From a virus (lineage: Duplodnaviria; Caudoviricetes), in IMG/VR virus record IMGVR_UViG_3300032237_000198, positions 1-36,833 of that record: a DNA stretch of 36,833 nucleotides; one strand, written 5' to 3'. The position numbers and the translations under genes were made by a program. Positions 1 to 9,649 of the stretch are shown here, in pieces. The notes beneath the pieces are model-generated. The model made no database searches. It saw nothing but the letters and a program-made list of their open reading frames with translations, and was not told the origin of the DNA. Position 1 is the stretch's first letter, and every line of letters starts with the position of its first letter.

Positions 1-123
1 AGCTGCCGTTACAATTGGCGCACCAGACCTAGCTTACGGAACAACTGCCAGCGCAATTGCAACAGTAACAGGCGGAACAGTATCTGGAGTTATTGTTACA
101 AATGCTGGATCTGGATATACATC
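1..123. repeat. Terminal direct repeat, copy 1 (circular assembly overlap)
   Basis: Bases 1-123 (agctgccgttacaattggcg...ctggatatacatc) are identical to 36711-36833. Confidence 0.97.
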
Positions 124-1372
124 AGATCCATCTGTTACAATAGCTGCTCCACCAGCTGGAGCTGGTCACTTTACGGCAACCGCAACAGCAAGTATATCTT
201 CGCTCTCTCCTGCTGGCCTTCGTCTAATCAAATCATTTACAAATAGATTATTCGCAGTAGGAACAGGCGAGGATCGCAACACTCTCTATGCCTCCGACAT
301 TCTTGATCCAGAGATATGGAAGACAACCAATTCAATCATTGTTGGTGGTGATGATGGAGAAGATATTATAGCAATTCAACCATTCTACGGATTCCAAATA
401 ATCGTGTTCAAGAGGAACAAGATCTACCTGGTTGATGTCACGCCAAGCACAACGACTACATCAGGAACGAGCGTGTTGTCGCTAACCAATAGCGCAGCGG
501 AATGGACAGTTCAGACAATTTCAAATAGGATCGGATGTATCGCTGGCAGGTCAGTTGCCCTTGTAAACAAGGACGTATTCTTTCTAGCCAATGACGGAAT
601 ACGATCAATTTCAAGGTCGATGGCGGACGATTTCTCAACAGTTGGCCTCACAATAAGCGAGCCAGTTAAGGACATCATCGCAAGGATCAATAGGAGTTAT
701 GTTGATACTTGCAACGCAACATTCCACAACAATCGATATCTCCTCTCCATACCACTAGATTCAGCAACCAAACCGAGCCACATATTGGTGTATAACTCAA
801 TTTTCAACTGCTTCGAAGGATTGTGGGAAATCGCAGCAGCAAGAATGGTCGAGACAAGCTTTAGCTCTGGATTCACTACAAACACAATTAAACTTTGCAT
901 AGGCACAACCAACTCAAGAGTTGGGCATCTTACGGATTACAAAGATTCAGACTCAGTTGACATCAATACAGGGTTTCAAGATTTTGGAACTGGCTATACA
1001 AGTAGGATAACAACAAAGGCATATGAATTTGATGATCGTTTTGCCTTGAAATACGGATCGCACTACGAGGTTGAATTCTTTAATTCTGGATCTACAAACG
1101 CAACGATAAGCATGCGCAGGGATACGGATGGAAATGATATTATTCTTGGAACAAATGTTGACACAACTTCTCCTGACGGATTGACGCTTCCGTTCACACT
1201 TCCAGCAACATTAAGTGCTAAGGTTGTTAAGCGCAGGGCAGACAGCCTTAGATCTTACGATAAATGGCGCAATATTAAGCTTAAAATTGAGGCTACCAGT
1301 AGGAAACTTTCCATTCGCGGAATCATAATGGCAGCCAATCCAGACACAATTCAGATTCAGCAGAATATATGA
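1..1372 (+). CDS. Tail nozzle / tail tubular protein B-like (P22 gp10-like), 3' part; gene starts at 36214 and wraps the junction (~622 aa)
   Basis: The frame is open from base 2 to the stop at 1372 and is in frame with ATG 36214. Nozzle-type motifs IGCIAGRSV, VFFLANDGIRSI, ITTKAYEF. Lies after the adaptor gene and before the internal virion genes. Confidence 0.8.
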   Translation, partial: AAVTIGAPDLAYGTTASAIATVTGGTVSGVIVTNAGSGYTSDPSVTIAAPPAGAGHFTATATASISSLSPAGLRLIKSFTNRLFAVGTGEDRNTLYASDILDPEIWKTTNSIIVGGDDGEDIIAIQPFYGFQIIVFKRNKIYLVDVTPSTTTTSGTSVLSLTNSAAEWTVQTISNRIGCIAGRSVALVNKDVFFLANDGIRSISRSMADDFSTVGLTISEPVKDIIARINRSYVDTCNATFHNNRYLLSIPLDSATKPSHILVYNSIFNCFEGLWEIAAARMVETSFSSGFTTNTIKLCIGTTNSRVGHLTDYKDSDSVDINTGFQDFGTGYTSRITTKAYEFDDRFALKYGSHYEVEFFNSGSTNATISMRRDTDGNDIILGTNVDTTSPDGLTLPFTLPATLSAKVVKRRADSLRSYDKWRNIKLKIEATSRKLSIRGIIMAANPDTIQIQQNI

Positions 1373-1755
1373 CCCAGATAGAGTTTCTTGAGCAAAGTGG
1401 ACTTGTTGAAACAATGTGGCCGACTTTTAAAGATTGGGTACATTGGTTTGAGAATAAAGGACTTATGGCAACTGCAAGATCAAAAGATGGGAATATTCAA
1501 GGAGTAATGTTGGCAAGATGTATCCCAAAAGGAACAAATCCAGATCACTATGTACACGATGAGTCAGGAGAGGACATATTTGTTGACTTGTGTGCTACTA
1601 GTGGTATTAGAAATGCTGAGTTGGTTGATCCACTCAAATGCTTGATATTGATCTTTTTTGATCGATTTGGACCCCGCAAGCGAATAACTTTTAAACGGCT
1701 AGGAAAACCAAAGGAGTATGATTATATGAAGTTTGTAAGAAAGGCGATGGTTTAA
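1369..1755 (+). CDS. Hypothetical virion-module protein (position where podoviruses often carry a GNAT-like gene)
   Basis: 128-aa ORF with an ATGA overlap with the nozzle gene; function inferred from synteny only. Confidence 0.55.
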   Translation: MTQIEFLEQSGLVETMWPTFKDWVHWFENKGLMATARSKDGNIQGVMLARCIPKGTNPDHYVHDESGEDIFVDLCATSGIRNAELVDPLKCLILIFFDRFGPRKRITFKRLGKPKEYDYMKFVRKAMV

Positions 1756-1756
1756 T

Positions 1757-2191
1757 ATGGGATCTGGCGGAACTCCATCTGCTCCTCCTGTTCCAAATCC
1801 AGTGGATGCAGCAAAGGCTAATAATCTTTATTATAGGTCATCTCTGGAAACATATCTTCAGACTCAGCCTGAAGTTGCGGATCTTGAACAGCGCATTAGG
1901 GAAAAATATGGCCCTCGCCAGCGCGCATTAGATAGGGAAATGGCTGCTCTTGACTTGCAAAAGTCTGCACTTGCACAACTCCAGGTTGAACGTGAACAGG
2001 GTCCGCAAAGGTCGCTTGAGCAAATGAGGAGACAATTTGAACTTTCTCCAAATGCATTTGCAACACAACAAGCCCTTGGTCAACAAGCTGCGCTTCAATT
2101 TCAAAGGTTATATGGCACTTCTCCGATGGAAGCTGTTCCACTTAATGTACAGAAGAATGCTGGCGTTCCTCCAATCGATTATATTTCTTAA
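1757..2191 (+). CDS. Putative internal virion/ejection protein
   Basis: N-terminus MGSGGTPSAPPVP; Gln/Ala-rich helical sequence; synteny. Confidence 0.6.
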   Translation: MGSGGTPSAPPVPNPVDAAKANNLYYRSSLETYLQTQPEVADLEQRIREKYGPRQRALDREMAALDLQKSALAQLQVEREQGPQRSLEQMRRQFELSPNAFATQQALGQQAALQFQRLYGTSPMEAVPLNVQKNAGVPPIDYIS

Positions 2192-2205
2192 TTTTAAATC
2201 ATAAA

Positions 2206-4044
2206 ATGAACGCAAAACAATTATTGGCACTTCAGAATGAATATTCAGCAGCAGGCGTTAAGGATGCTGCAACCTATAAAAATAAGGCTGATCTTGATAA
2301 AGCACTCATAACGCAAGTATATAAATTAAATCCATCTGATTATTCAGGTAAAAAGGGTTATGATGTTGCAGCAGCGCAAGCCCAATATCAATTTGACCTG
2401 CCTAAAATTGAGAAATCAACAAAGGCTCCAGAAACATTCTTTGAGGCTGTAAACAATTATTCTACTGCATTAGCCAATGCACAAAAACTTGGCGCACAGA
2501 ATATTGGCGCAGCAGATCTTGAGTACCTGCAATCCAAGGCAAAAGAACTAAGGGATTTCAAGTCAAAGGACTTGGGGCAAGCAGCTCTTGATATTATTGA
2601 TAATTCTCAACTTGCAATTGATGAAATTTTAAAAGTATCAAATCAAAAAAAATTAATAGATACAAAATCAAAGACTGCCAAGGGTAAAGCAGATATCGGT
2701 GTTCTAAATACTGAAAAGGAAAAGCTTTTAAGAATAACGCAAGAAGCCAATCAGCGCGCTCCAACGTACATAGAGTCTTTGTCCAGATTCAATCTTAGTG
2801 ACATTACTCCAAATTTAGGCAAGGCATCAACTGCTGCTACAGATGTTAATACTGCTCTTGCAAAGCTAAAAGCTGGTGGAGTTGTACCAACTGGCGGACT
2901 TGCTGGTGAACTTAATGTAAATGTAACAGATCAGCAAATTCTTGACGATATAAATACTGGCACAAAGGCTCAGTATAAAAGCTTTTACGATACTGCCACT
3001 TCAGCTGCAACCGATCTGCAAAGCCAGCTCACCCAGGCAAATCAATTCATAGCTGGATTACCAGCTGGAGATAGGCGAAAAATTGATGCGCAGAAAACAG
3101 CTGATGATTTATCATCTAAATTGGCGCAGGCCCAGAAAGATGCGCTTGAAGCAAAAGATCTTTACGATAACTATAAACCAATTTCTGGTGAAACAGCAAC
3201 AAAAGCTTTAGCAAATTTTAGAAAGACATTAGTCCTTCCTGAGGAAAGGACAATGAAGCAGATTGATGCAATTGATCCTACAATTGGTTCAACTGTAAGA
3301 ACTCTTTCCGATAAATACAAGGCAATGGCGGAAGCTCCAATTGGAGAAACCACAACCGCTCAAACTGAAGAACTTAGGAATACGATTGAGCAAGAAGCCT
3401 TAAATCAATTAAAGCTTGGATCTACCCTTGGTGCCGACGAACTCCGTCAATACCAACAGGCAGCTCGCGCTGCTCAAACTGCTCGCGGTAACATATTTGG
3501 TGTTGCACCTGCCGTTCAGGAAGCTGTGGAAACTGGTGCTGCTGGTGAAGCTCGCAAGCTTGCAAGGTTCGGAGCAGCATCGCAATTCCTTTCTTCAGGT
3601 GAAACAACTGGTGCTGCTCAGGCGAGAGATGTTGGCCTTCGCAATGCTCTTGAGCAGAGCAGGCTTGGTGCAGCACAGCAATTCATTGCGTCTGGTCCTA
3701 CCTTCTACAATCTTTCATCGCAAAGATTGAAAGATCAGCAGAACATGTTGAATAATTATTTGGCTGCATCAACTCCGAACACAACTGGTGGATTCACGAC
3801 AACTCCAACAGCAAATGCTGGATATCAATATGTAAATCCAAACGCAGGTTTCCAGGGAGCACAGAATGCTTCCAATATATATGGAACAATGGCTGATATT
3901 TACAAGACAGGCACTCAATATGCGCTTGGATCGCAAGGGCAATCTGGTGCATCTACATTCGCCCAGATCGCTGGTGGTGCTGGAAATATTCTATCTCCAT
4001 TTATGAGCGCATTTAAATCCTACTCTCTAGGTGGAGCTGTATAA
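2206..4044 (+). CDS. Putative internal virion/DNA ejection protein
   Basis: 612 aa, Ala/Gln-rich and helical, with a Gly-rich hydrophobic C-terminus; synteny. Confidence 0.65.
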   Translation: MNAKQLLALQNEYSAAGVKDAATYKNKADLDKALITQVYKLNPSDYSGKKGYDVAAAQAQYQFDLPKIEKSTKAPETFFEAVNNYSTALANAQKLGAQNIGAADLEYLQSKAKELRDFKSKDLGQAALDIIDNSQLAIDEILKVSNQKKLIDTKSKTAKGKADIGVLNTEKEKLLRITQEANQRAPTYIESLSRFNLSDITPNLGKASTAATDVNTALAKLKAGGVVPTGGLAGELNVNVTDQQILDDINTGTKAQYKSFYDTATSAATDLQSQLTQANQFIAGLPAGDRRKIDAQKTADDLSSKLAQAQKDALEAKDLYDNYKPISGETATKALANFRKTLVLPEERTMKQIDAIDPTIGSTVRTLSDKYKAMAEAPIGETTTAQTEELRNTIEQEALNQLKLGSTLGADELRQYQQAARAAQTARGNIFGVAPAVQEAVETGAAGEARKLARFGAASQFLSSGETTGAAQARDVGLRNALEQSRLGAAQQFIASGPTFYNLSSQRLKDQQNMLNNYLAASTPNTTGGFTTTPTANAGYQYVNPNAGFQGAQNASNIYGTMADIYKTGTQYALGSQGQSGASTFAQIAGGAGNILSPFMSAFKSYSLGGAV

Positions 4045-4045
4045 C

Positions 4046-5398
4046 ATGGCCGATCTAGTTCAGTTCGGACCATTTACTGTTTATAAAAGCCCAGCCTACG
4101 AAGAGGCTGTAAGGCAGAAGCAGTTGGATGCAGCTACAGAGCGAGAATATAATAAAGTAAGACTTGATTTAACTCGCAATGCGCTTGAGGAAGCCATCCG
4201 CAAGCAAGAATACGAAAAGAGTCCAGAAGGTCAAGCTGCACTAAGGACTGAGATTGATAAAGCAAATCTTGCTGTTGAGAATGCTAGACTTGATAAAGTC
4301 AAGAAGGAGCTGGAGCAATTAAAGGCATCTCCTGAATACGCACCTGTTGAGGCTGCTAGACTTAAAACATTGGAAAGCACGCTTGGACAAAATCTTGCAA
4401 CTCAAAGTGAGCTTGCAACTTCAGCAGGTGAACGAATAAAAAATCTTCAATCCGCATCAGCTACGCTTCCAGAAGGAGTTGCTGGTCCTGTTATGCAAAA
4501 GGATATGGCAACTCAAATGATGCGCCCTGCGCTAGAGCTTGAGGCCGACATGCGCAACAGAATAATTGGAACAGAGGCTGCCCAAGCAGCAACAAGCAAG
4601 CAACTTGGCGAACTTACTGGAACGCTTCCAATAGCAGCAGAATTTGGCGGTGGTACAGTTCCAGCGACATCCGATGTTGCGAGCATCTATAAAGAAAGAT
4701 TCAAAAAGCTTGCTCCAATGATGGAGGAAGGAGTTTCATACATTAACTCGCTTGAGCCTGGATCTCCCAAAAGAGTTGTGGCCGAAGAGCTGTATGGAAA
4801 GATGGTTGGATATGAAAAAGCAGAAGCAAAGAAAGCTGCTCAAAACGCATTAAAGATTCCTGGGCTAGAAGGAATGGCAAGTAGCGAACAAGCTGCAAAG
4901 GGATTGCGAGATAAATTGCCAGACTTTATATCCGCTGTAGGAGGAATCGATGAGCTTATGAGGATTGGCGAGGAGTCAAAAGTAAATTTTGACAGACCAA
5001 GACTAATGGCTCGCGCTGATGCAATAAGAAAATCACTTTTTGGCCAAATGAGAATTGCATTTGGTGGTGGTGGAGTTCAGACTGAGCAGGATGTTAAGAG
5101 ATTGGAACAAGCAATTCCAGATGCCACAGCGATTATTAATTACGCAGCGCAAGATAGGCTTGTGGAACTGAAGAAAATGATTGGCAGGAGAATTGCTTCA
5201 GATGCTCGCGTTGCTGGGTATGGAGTAAAATCAATTCAATCCATAATTGATGCCAATTCCGATCCAGAAGATGTTGGGTCATTTGGTGTAAAGAAAAAAA
5301 CTGATTTTGATAGCGAGGCAGAGGCTCGCGCTGCTGGATATGGGAATGGTGATATTGTGAGGGTTAAAGGCCAGCTCTCTAAATTAAAACCTGACTAA
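4046..5398 (+). CDS. Putative internal virion/DNA ejection protein
   Basis: ATG 4046 directly after the previous stop; coiled-coil character; synteny. Confidence 0.65.
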   Translation: MADLVQFGPFTVYKSPAYEEAVRQKQLDAATEREYNKVRLDLTRNALEEAIRKQEYEKSPEGQAALRTEIDKANLAVENARLDKVKKELEQLKASPEYAPVEAARLKTLESTLGQNLATQSELATSAGERIKNLQSASATLPEGVAGPVMQKDMATQMMRPALELEADMRNRIIGTEAAQAATSKQLGELTGTLPIAAEFGGGTVPATSDVASIYKERFKKLAPMMEEGVSYINSLEPGSPKRVVAEELYGKMVGYEKAEAKKAAQNALKIPGLEGMASSEQAAKGLRDKLPDFISAVGGIDELMRIGEESKVNFDRPRLMARADAIRKSLFGQMRIAFGGGGVQTEQDVKRLEQAIPDATAIINYAAQDRLVELKKMIGRRIASDARVAGYGVKSIQSIIDANSDPEDVGSFGVKKKTDFDSEAEARAAGYGNGDIVRVKGQLSKLKPD

Positions 5399-5399
5399 A

Positions 5400-7532
5400 A
5401 TGGCATTAGTACCAGTAAATAGCAAGGGCGAGGAAATCGCTGTTGGAGACATTGGGAAACCAGAACAGCCTCCAAGAAGCATTCCAGAAATTGTTGGCAG
5501 GCAGGCTGGCCTAATCGCGCGTGAGGCGATTACTCCTGGTACTGTTGGATTGGTTGGTGGAGCAATAGCAGGCGCACCATTTAGGGTTTCTGCACCTGCT
5601 GCTCGCGTTGGTGCTTCAGGAGCATTCTTGGCGGATATCGGAGCAAAGGTTTATAATTCACTCGTTGCACAAGGTGACGAGAAGAAAAAAGTACCAGAAC
5701 TCAGCACAGTTCTCGAAGACATCAAGAATCAGATTGGACTACCAAAACCAGAGACTCCGCTTGAACGGATCGAGTCCAGAATTGTTGGTGGGGCTGCAGA
5801 AACGCTTCCGCTCGTTATGGGTGGCCAAGCTATGGCTGGGTTAAAGGGTGCTCCAAAGGCAATTCAGAAAATAGGAGAGATACTTGGTGCTTCTCCAAAA
5901 ACTCAAATTGCTGGTTCTGTACTTGGATCTACTGCTTCTGCTGCTGCTGGAGAAGCTGGCGCAAGTCCGCTGGAGCAGGGGCTTGTTGGGTTGGCTGGAT
6001 CTGTTGCGCCTTCTCCAGTTTCTAGAATTGCACAAGTGGCATCTACCGCTAAGAAGTTAGGTGTATCCACAGTACCAGCAGCGATTGCTGGAACGGCTGG
6101 GGCTACAGAAACATCTAAGAATTTGATACTTCGTTTTCTGCGCGGAGGTAAAACGCAGGAACAGATAGCCAAAAATGTTGAGTTGTACGAAAGGGCTGGA
6201 ACGACACCTACCCTTGGTCAGGCAGTTGAAAAGCCATCGATTCAGGCTCTTGAAACTAGCGTTGGAAGATTCCCAAGCGGAATGGAAGCAATGCGCGAGA
6301 AGGGTATCGCACAACAGGCAGAGGTGGGTAAGAAAGTTGAAGAATTAAGAACTCAGCTGTCTCCAATCACTGAACCAGTAGAGGCAGGTAAGGCAATTCA
6401 AAAGGGATTCTCTGAGGTGTTTGTACCAAGGGCGAGGCAGACACAGAAGGCTCTTTACAATCGTTTTGATCAATACATGCCAGAACGGACACCTGTCAAT
6501 TCTGATGAGACAATGGGACAGCTATATCAATTTGCAAATAGGCTTAGTAATGCTGCCCCAGAATTGCAGGCTTCAATTTCCAATACGCAATTAACATCGC
6601 TTCTTGGTGGACTGGAAGAAACTAAAAGATTAAGTCCATCTGGACAAATTCCATTTAACGTCTTACGCGATTTGCGTTCTTGGGTTGGCGAAAAGATAGC
6701 AACAGTTGACCTTGCTCCAGACGTACCGAAAGCACAGTGGAAAAGCCTATACGGAGCATTGTCTAGAGATCTGGAGAACGCAGCAGCTCAACAAGGTCCA
6801 GAGGCTCAGGCTGCATTTAAGAAGGCTAATACATATACCAAGAAATTCCACGATACGATGGATTCGATTCAGTCTGTTATTCTGGATAAGAATCCAGAAG
6901 ATGCGTATCAAGCCGTAATCAGCGGTGCGCGTAATGGACCAACCAAGTTGCGCGAAGTATTTAATGCTGTACCAAAGGACGCTCAGAAAGCCGTATCGGC
7001 TGCATACATCTCAAGGATGGGCAAGGCTGTTGCTGGCCTACAAGACGAGACAGGCGATGTCTTCAGTACTTCAAAATTCCTGCAGAACTACGCCAAACTT
7101 GACAATGCGTCAAAAGATATTTTATTTGGTAGGTTTGGTAGCCAATTCAGAAAAGACATAGATGCGATTGCACAGGTTTCCAATAAGATCAGGGAAAGTG
7201 CAAGCATCCTAGCCAATCCATCAGGCACAGCAGGCGCAGTAGTTGGTCCTGCCACGATGGCGAGCGTAACTGGCTCTCTCGCGTCTGGTAAATTTGGTTT
7301 TGCTCAGGGTGTAATAGGAACAATGGTTGGAGCCAACCAGGCTGCTCGACTGTTCACCAATCCTGAGTTTGTTAATTGGCTGGCCAAGAACTCGAACAAG
7401 CCTGTGTCAAACACATCAGCTGCACTTGCGAATCTTTATCAAATATATAAATCAAATCAAGATCCAGACATCAAGGAAGTTCACGATGCTCTTCGCGATA
7501 AGGCGATTGAGCAAGAAATCAATAAGAAATAG
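5400..7532 (+). CDS. Large internal virion / DNA transfer protein
   Basis: 710 aa with Gly/Ala-rich hydrophobic segments and an ANPSGTA-type C-terminal region; last of the ejection-protein block. Confidence 0.7.
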   Translation: MALVPVNSKGEEIAVGDIGKPEQPPRSIPEIVGRQAGLIAREAITPGTVGLVGGAIAGAPFRVSAPAARVGASGAFLADIGAKVYNSLVAQGDEKKKVPELSTVLEDIKNQIGLPKPETPLERIESRIVGGAAETLPLVMGGQAMAGLKGAPKAIQKIGEILGASPKTQIAGSVLGSTASAAAGEAGASPLEQGLVGLAGSVAPSPVSRIAQVASTAKKLGVSTVPAAIAGTAGATETSKNLILRFLRGGKTQEQIAKNVELYERAGTTPTLGQAVEKPSIQALETSVGRFPSGMEAMREKGIAQQAEVGKKVEELRTQLSPITEPVEAGKAIQKGFSEVFVPRARQTQKALYNRFDQYMPERTPVNSDETMGQLYQFANRLSNAAPELQASISNTQLTSLLGGLEETKRLSPSGQIPFNVLRDLRSWVGEKIATVDLAPDVPKAQWKSLYGALSRDLENAAAQQGPEAQAAFKKANTYTKKFHDTMDSIQSVILDKNPEDAYQAVISGARNGPTKLREVFNAVPKDAQKAVSAAYISRMGKAVAGLQDETGDVFSTSKFLQNYAKLDNASKDILFGRFGSQFRKDIDAIAQVSNKIRESASILANPSGTAGAVVGPATMASVTGSLASGKFGFAQGVIGTMVGANQAARLFTNPEFVNWLAKNSNKPVSNTSAALANLYQIYKSNQDPDIKEVHDALRDKAIEQEINKK

Positions 7533-7540
7533 GCTGCATT

Positions 7541-8104
7541 ATGAGCGGAATAGAAGTAGATCCGCTCCTATTGGCAGCAATGGAGACAGTAAAGTTCGAG
7601 GGTAGGTTTGATCACAATGGTAATTTGACGATCTATAAGTTGCCTGATTGGGATGGTGGTGGAAGCTATGAGATAGCTGGAATCAATGACAAATATCACC
7701 CAGAAGAATTTAAAAGAATCTCGTCGTTGCCAGCGGAAGAAAGAGCGAAAGAAGCTGCGCAATATATCAAAGAATACACAAGTCCGCTCGTATCCAAACT
7801 GCCTGAAGTCATGCAAGCATTCACACAAGATCTCGCGTTCAATAGAGGGATGGGCGGTGCAACAAAGTTTATCCAAAAAGGGCTAAACGCACTTGGGGAG
7901 AAAGTTGATGTGGATGGGAAAATTGGACCACAAACATTAGAGGCTATAAACAAAGTTCACCCACGCTCGCTCATGCAGGCGATCAGTCAGGCTCAGTTAG
8001 ATTATGAGTACGACCTTGCCTACAACAACTCAAGCCGAAAGAAGTTTATCAGCGGACTTGAGAATAGAATCAGGAATCGGCAGGCGATGTGGGGGGTAGG
8101 TTAG
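7541..8104 (+). CDS. Endolysin, glycoside hydrolase family 108-like with C-terminal peptidoglycan-binding domain
   Basis: FEGRF...DGGG...AGI, DLAFNRGMGGA, VDVDGKIGPQTL, KFISGLENR. Confidence 0.85.
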   Translation: MSGIEVDPLLLAAMETVKFEGRFDHNGNLTIYKLPDWDGGGSYEIAGINDKYHPEEFKRISSLPAEERAKEAAQYIKEYTSPLVSKLPEVMQAFTQDLAFNRGMGGATKFIQKGLNALGEKVDVDGKIGPQTLEAINKVHPRSLMQAISQAQLDYEYDLAYNNSSRKKFISGLENRIRNRQAMWGVG

Positions 8105-8484
8105 TGCGGAATAAGAAGTGGGCGCAAGACAGTATTGCCAGCTCCAATGCTCGCGCCAGAAGAGCCAACAAGAATAAGATTTGGGCTATTGTTAACTCTG
8201 GCAACCGCACTGTCCGTTCCAACGTAACTACTGCCAGCACGGACGACTGCACCGCCTCCAGGCTTCAGAAAGCTATCGCCAACTTTGACGTAGGCTCCTT
8301 CAGGCGTAAGGAATGTGTCGCCTGCTCGAACGAGCGCGCCACCAGCACCCACAGCGGAATTCCCAGCAAGCACATGCGTGCTGTTTCCCCTGTATACAGC
8401 AGCAACAAATTCTTGGCTGATGTAGTCATTCGCAAAACATGTCGCGGAGCAAAGAAGCAATGCGAATATAGTTGTTGTTTTCAT
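8101..8484 (-). CDS. Secreted Gly-rich repeat protein (moron-like)
   Basis: Signal-peptide-like N-terminus MKTTTIFALLLCSATCFA; ~15-aa repeats (GGALVRAGDTFLTP / EGAYVKVGDSFLKP / GGAVVRAGSSYVGT); own candidate promoter. Confidence 0.7.
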   Translation of the reverse strand: MKTTTIFALLLCSATCFANDYISQEFVAAVYRGNSTHVLAGNSAVGAGGALVRAGDTFLTPEGAYVKVGDSFLKPGGGAVVRAGSSYVGTDSAVARVNNSPNLILVGSSGASIGAGNTVLRPLLIPH

Positions 8485-8491
8485 GTGAATA

Positions 8492-8520
8492 AATATCTAC
8501 CAAGGAAGGGTTCGTGTCAA
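8492..8520 (-). promoter_or_regulatory. Sigma70-like promoter for the 8484 gene
   Basis: Minus strand reads TTGACA-N17-GATATT-N7-ATG. Confidence 0.5.
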
Positions 8521-8522
8521 CT

Positions 8523-8912
8523 ATGAAAATTAAGTTATCCCCACGCCAAATTGGGGCCATTGGAGTCTCAAGGGTTGTAAGTTCACTTTTGAGATGTGGA
8601 TACAATGTGCTTGCCCCGCTGGAGGATTTTTCTGGATATGATTTGGTAGCTGAAAAGCATGGCAAGTTTCATCGCATTCAGGTAAAGGCAGCACAGAATG
8701 TCGAGCCTGGTCGAAGTAGGTATCGCTTCACCACTTCCTGTGGGTCTGGATACAATGCACCCAAGAAGGTCATTACTGGAGTAGATTATGTAGCCTGCTG
8801 GGGGATGCACGACGACCTTTTCTGGTTGTTACCAATTGCACGCTGTAAGAGCGTCACAACTTTGCTTTGCCCATCGACAGGTCAGAGCTGGCGTGTATTC
8901 CAAAACCTATGA
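8523..8912 (+). CDS. PD-(D/E)XK endonuclease (PDDEXK_5-like)
   Basis: GYDLVAEKHGKFHRIQVK and VDYVAC motifs. Confidence 0.8.
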   Translation: MKIKLSPRQIGAIGVSRVVSSLLRCGYNVLAPLEDFSGYDLVAEKHGKFHRIQVKAAQNVEPGRSRYRFTTSCGSGYNAPKKVITGVDYVACWGMHDDLFWLLPIARCKSVTTLLCPSTGQSWRVFQNL

Positions 8913-9088
8913 CCGAGAAAGAGGCGTGGGATTATTTTGAGAAAGGACTGAAAGACGTGCAGTCTTTCGATGAGGCCGTGGAGTGGGTTAAGAAGAATCA
9001 GAAGATGGTTAGGAAGCTCACGATGCAAGCAATGATTCGCAAGTTTGATCAAGATATTAGTAAAGCTAATAAAACTTGGCTTAATTAA
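8909..9088 (+). CDS. Small hypothetical protein
   Basis: ATGA overlap with the upstream gene; 59 aa. Confidence 0.6.
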   Translation: MTEKEAWDYFEKGLKDVQSFDEAVEWVKKNQKMVRKLTMQAMIRKFDQDISKANKTWLN

Positions 9089-9097
9089 AAATAGATC

Positions 9098-9127
9098 TCG
9101 ACGCACCTTGGGTTGGTCTGCTAAAAC
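9098..9127 (+). promoter_or_regulatory. Promoter with extended -10, probably leaderless
   Basis: TCGACG-N18-TAAAAC with TG two bases upstream of the -10; 6 nt before ATG 9134. Confidence 0.5.
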
Positions 9128-9133
9128 CAACAA

Positions 9134-9577
9134 ATGGGCAAAATTAACAGTAGGGCTAAAGGTGCAGCAGGAGAGCGTGAACTAGCAAATTACTTACGCG
9201 AGCAGGGATGGCAAAAGGCTCGCAGATCCCAGCAATATGCTGGTAATCCTGAAGGTGGATCAGGCGATGTTGTATGCGAAAACTTTCCATTCCATATCGA
9301 GGGGAAACGCTGTCAGGCTTTAAAGCCAGAAGATTGGATGGAGCAGTCGAAACGTGACTGCCCAGGGGGCAAGATCCCAGCCGTGTTCTTTCGCCGTAAT
9401 GGCCGAAAGGAATGGCTCGTTATTCTTACAGCAGATTCGGTCTGCGAATTAGCTCGACAACTCGCACCTGCCAATGTCACTATTGAATATGTTAAAAACC
9501 AACCAACCCAAACAGCGGTACAAGGATTCTATGTCAAACAACCATCCGATCTCACAATTGTTAATCCCAACAAATAA
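9134..9577 (+). CDS. Holliday junction resolvase-like PD-(D/E)XK nuclease
   Basis: NSRAKGAAGERELA...GDV...HIEGKR...PAVFFRRN. Confidence 0.85.
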   Translation: MGKINSRAKGAAGERELANYLREQGWQKARRSQQYAGNPEGGSGDVVCENFPFHIEGKRCQALKPEDWMEQSKRDCPGGKIPAVFFRRNGRKEWLVILTADSVCELARQLAPANVTIEYVKNQPTQTAVQGFYVKQPSDLTIVNPNK

Positions 9578-9649
9578 GAATCTGTTTTCAGTCCTAGTCA
9601 AACTTACCCCTGAAACAAAAACCAAAACCAAAAGAAAGGTACGAAATAA

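Noticed and set aside
1-123. Biological direct terminal repeat (T7-like)
   Set aside because: The repeat falls in the middle of a coding sequence that continues in frame, which fits an assembler overlap better
404-1372. Stand-alone 322-aa gene starting at GTG 404
   Set aside because: The frame is open back to base 2 and joins ATG 36214
8089-8526. 145-aa plus-strand ORF
   Set aside because: Shadow of the minus-strand gene, which has a signal peptide, repeats and a promoter
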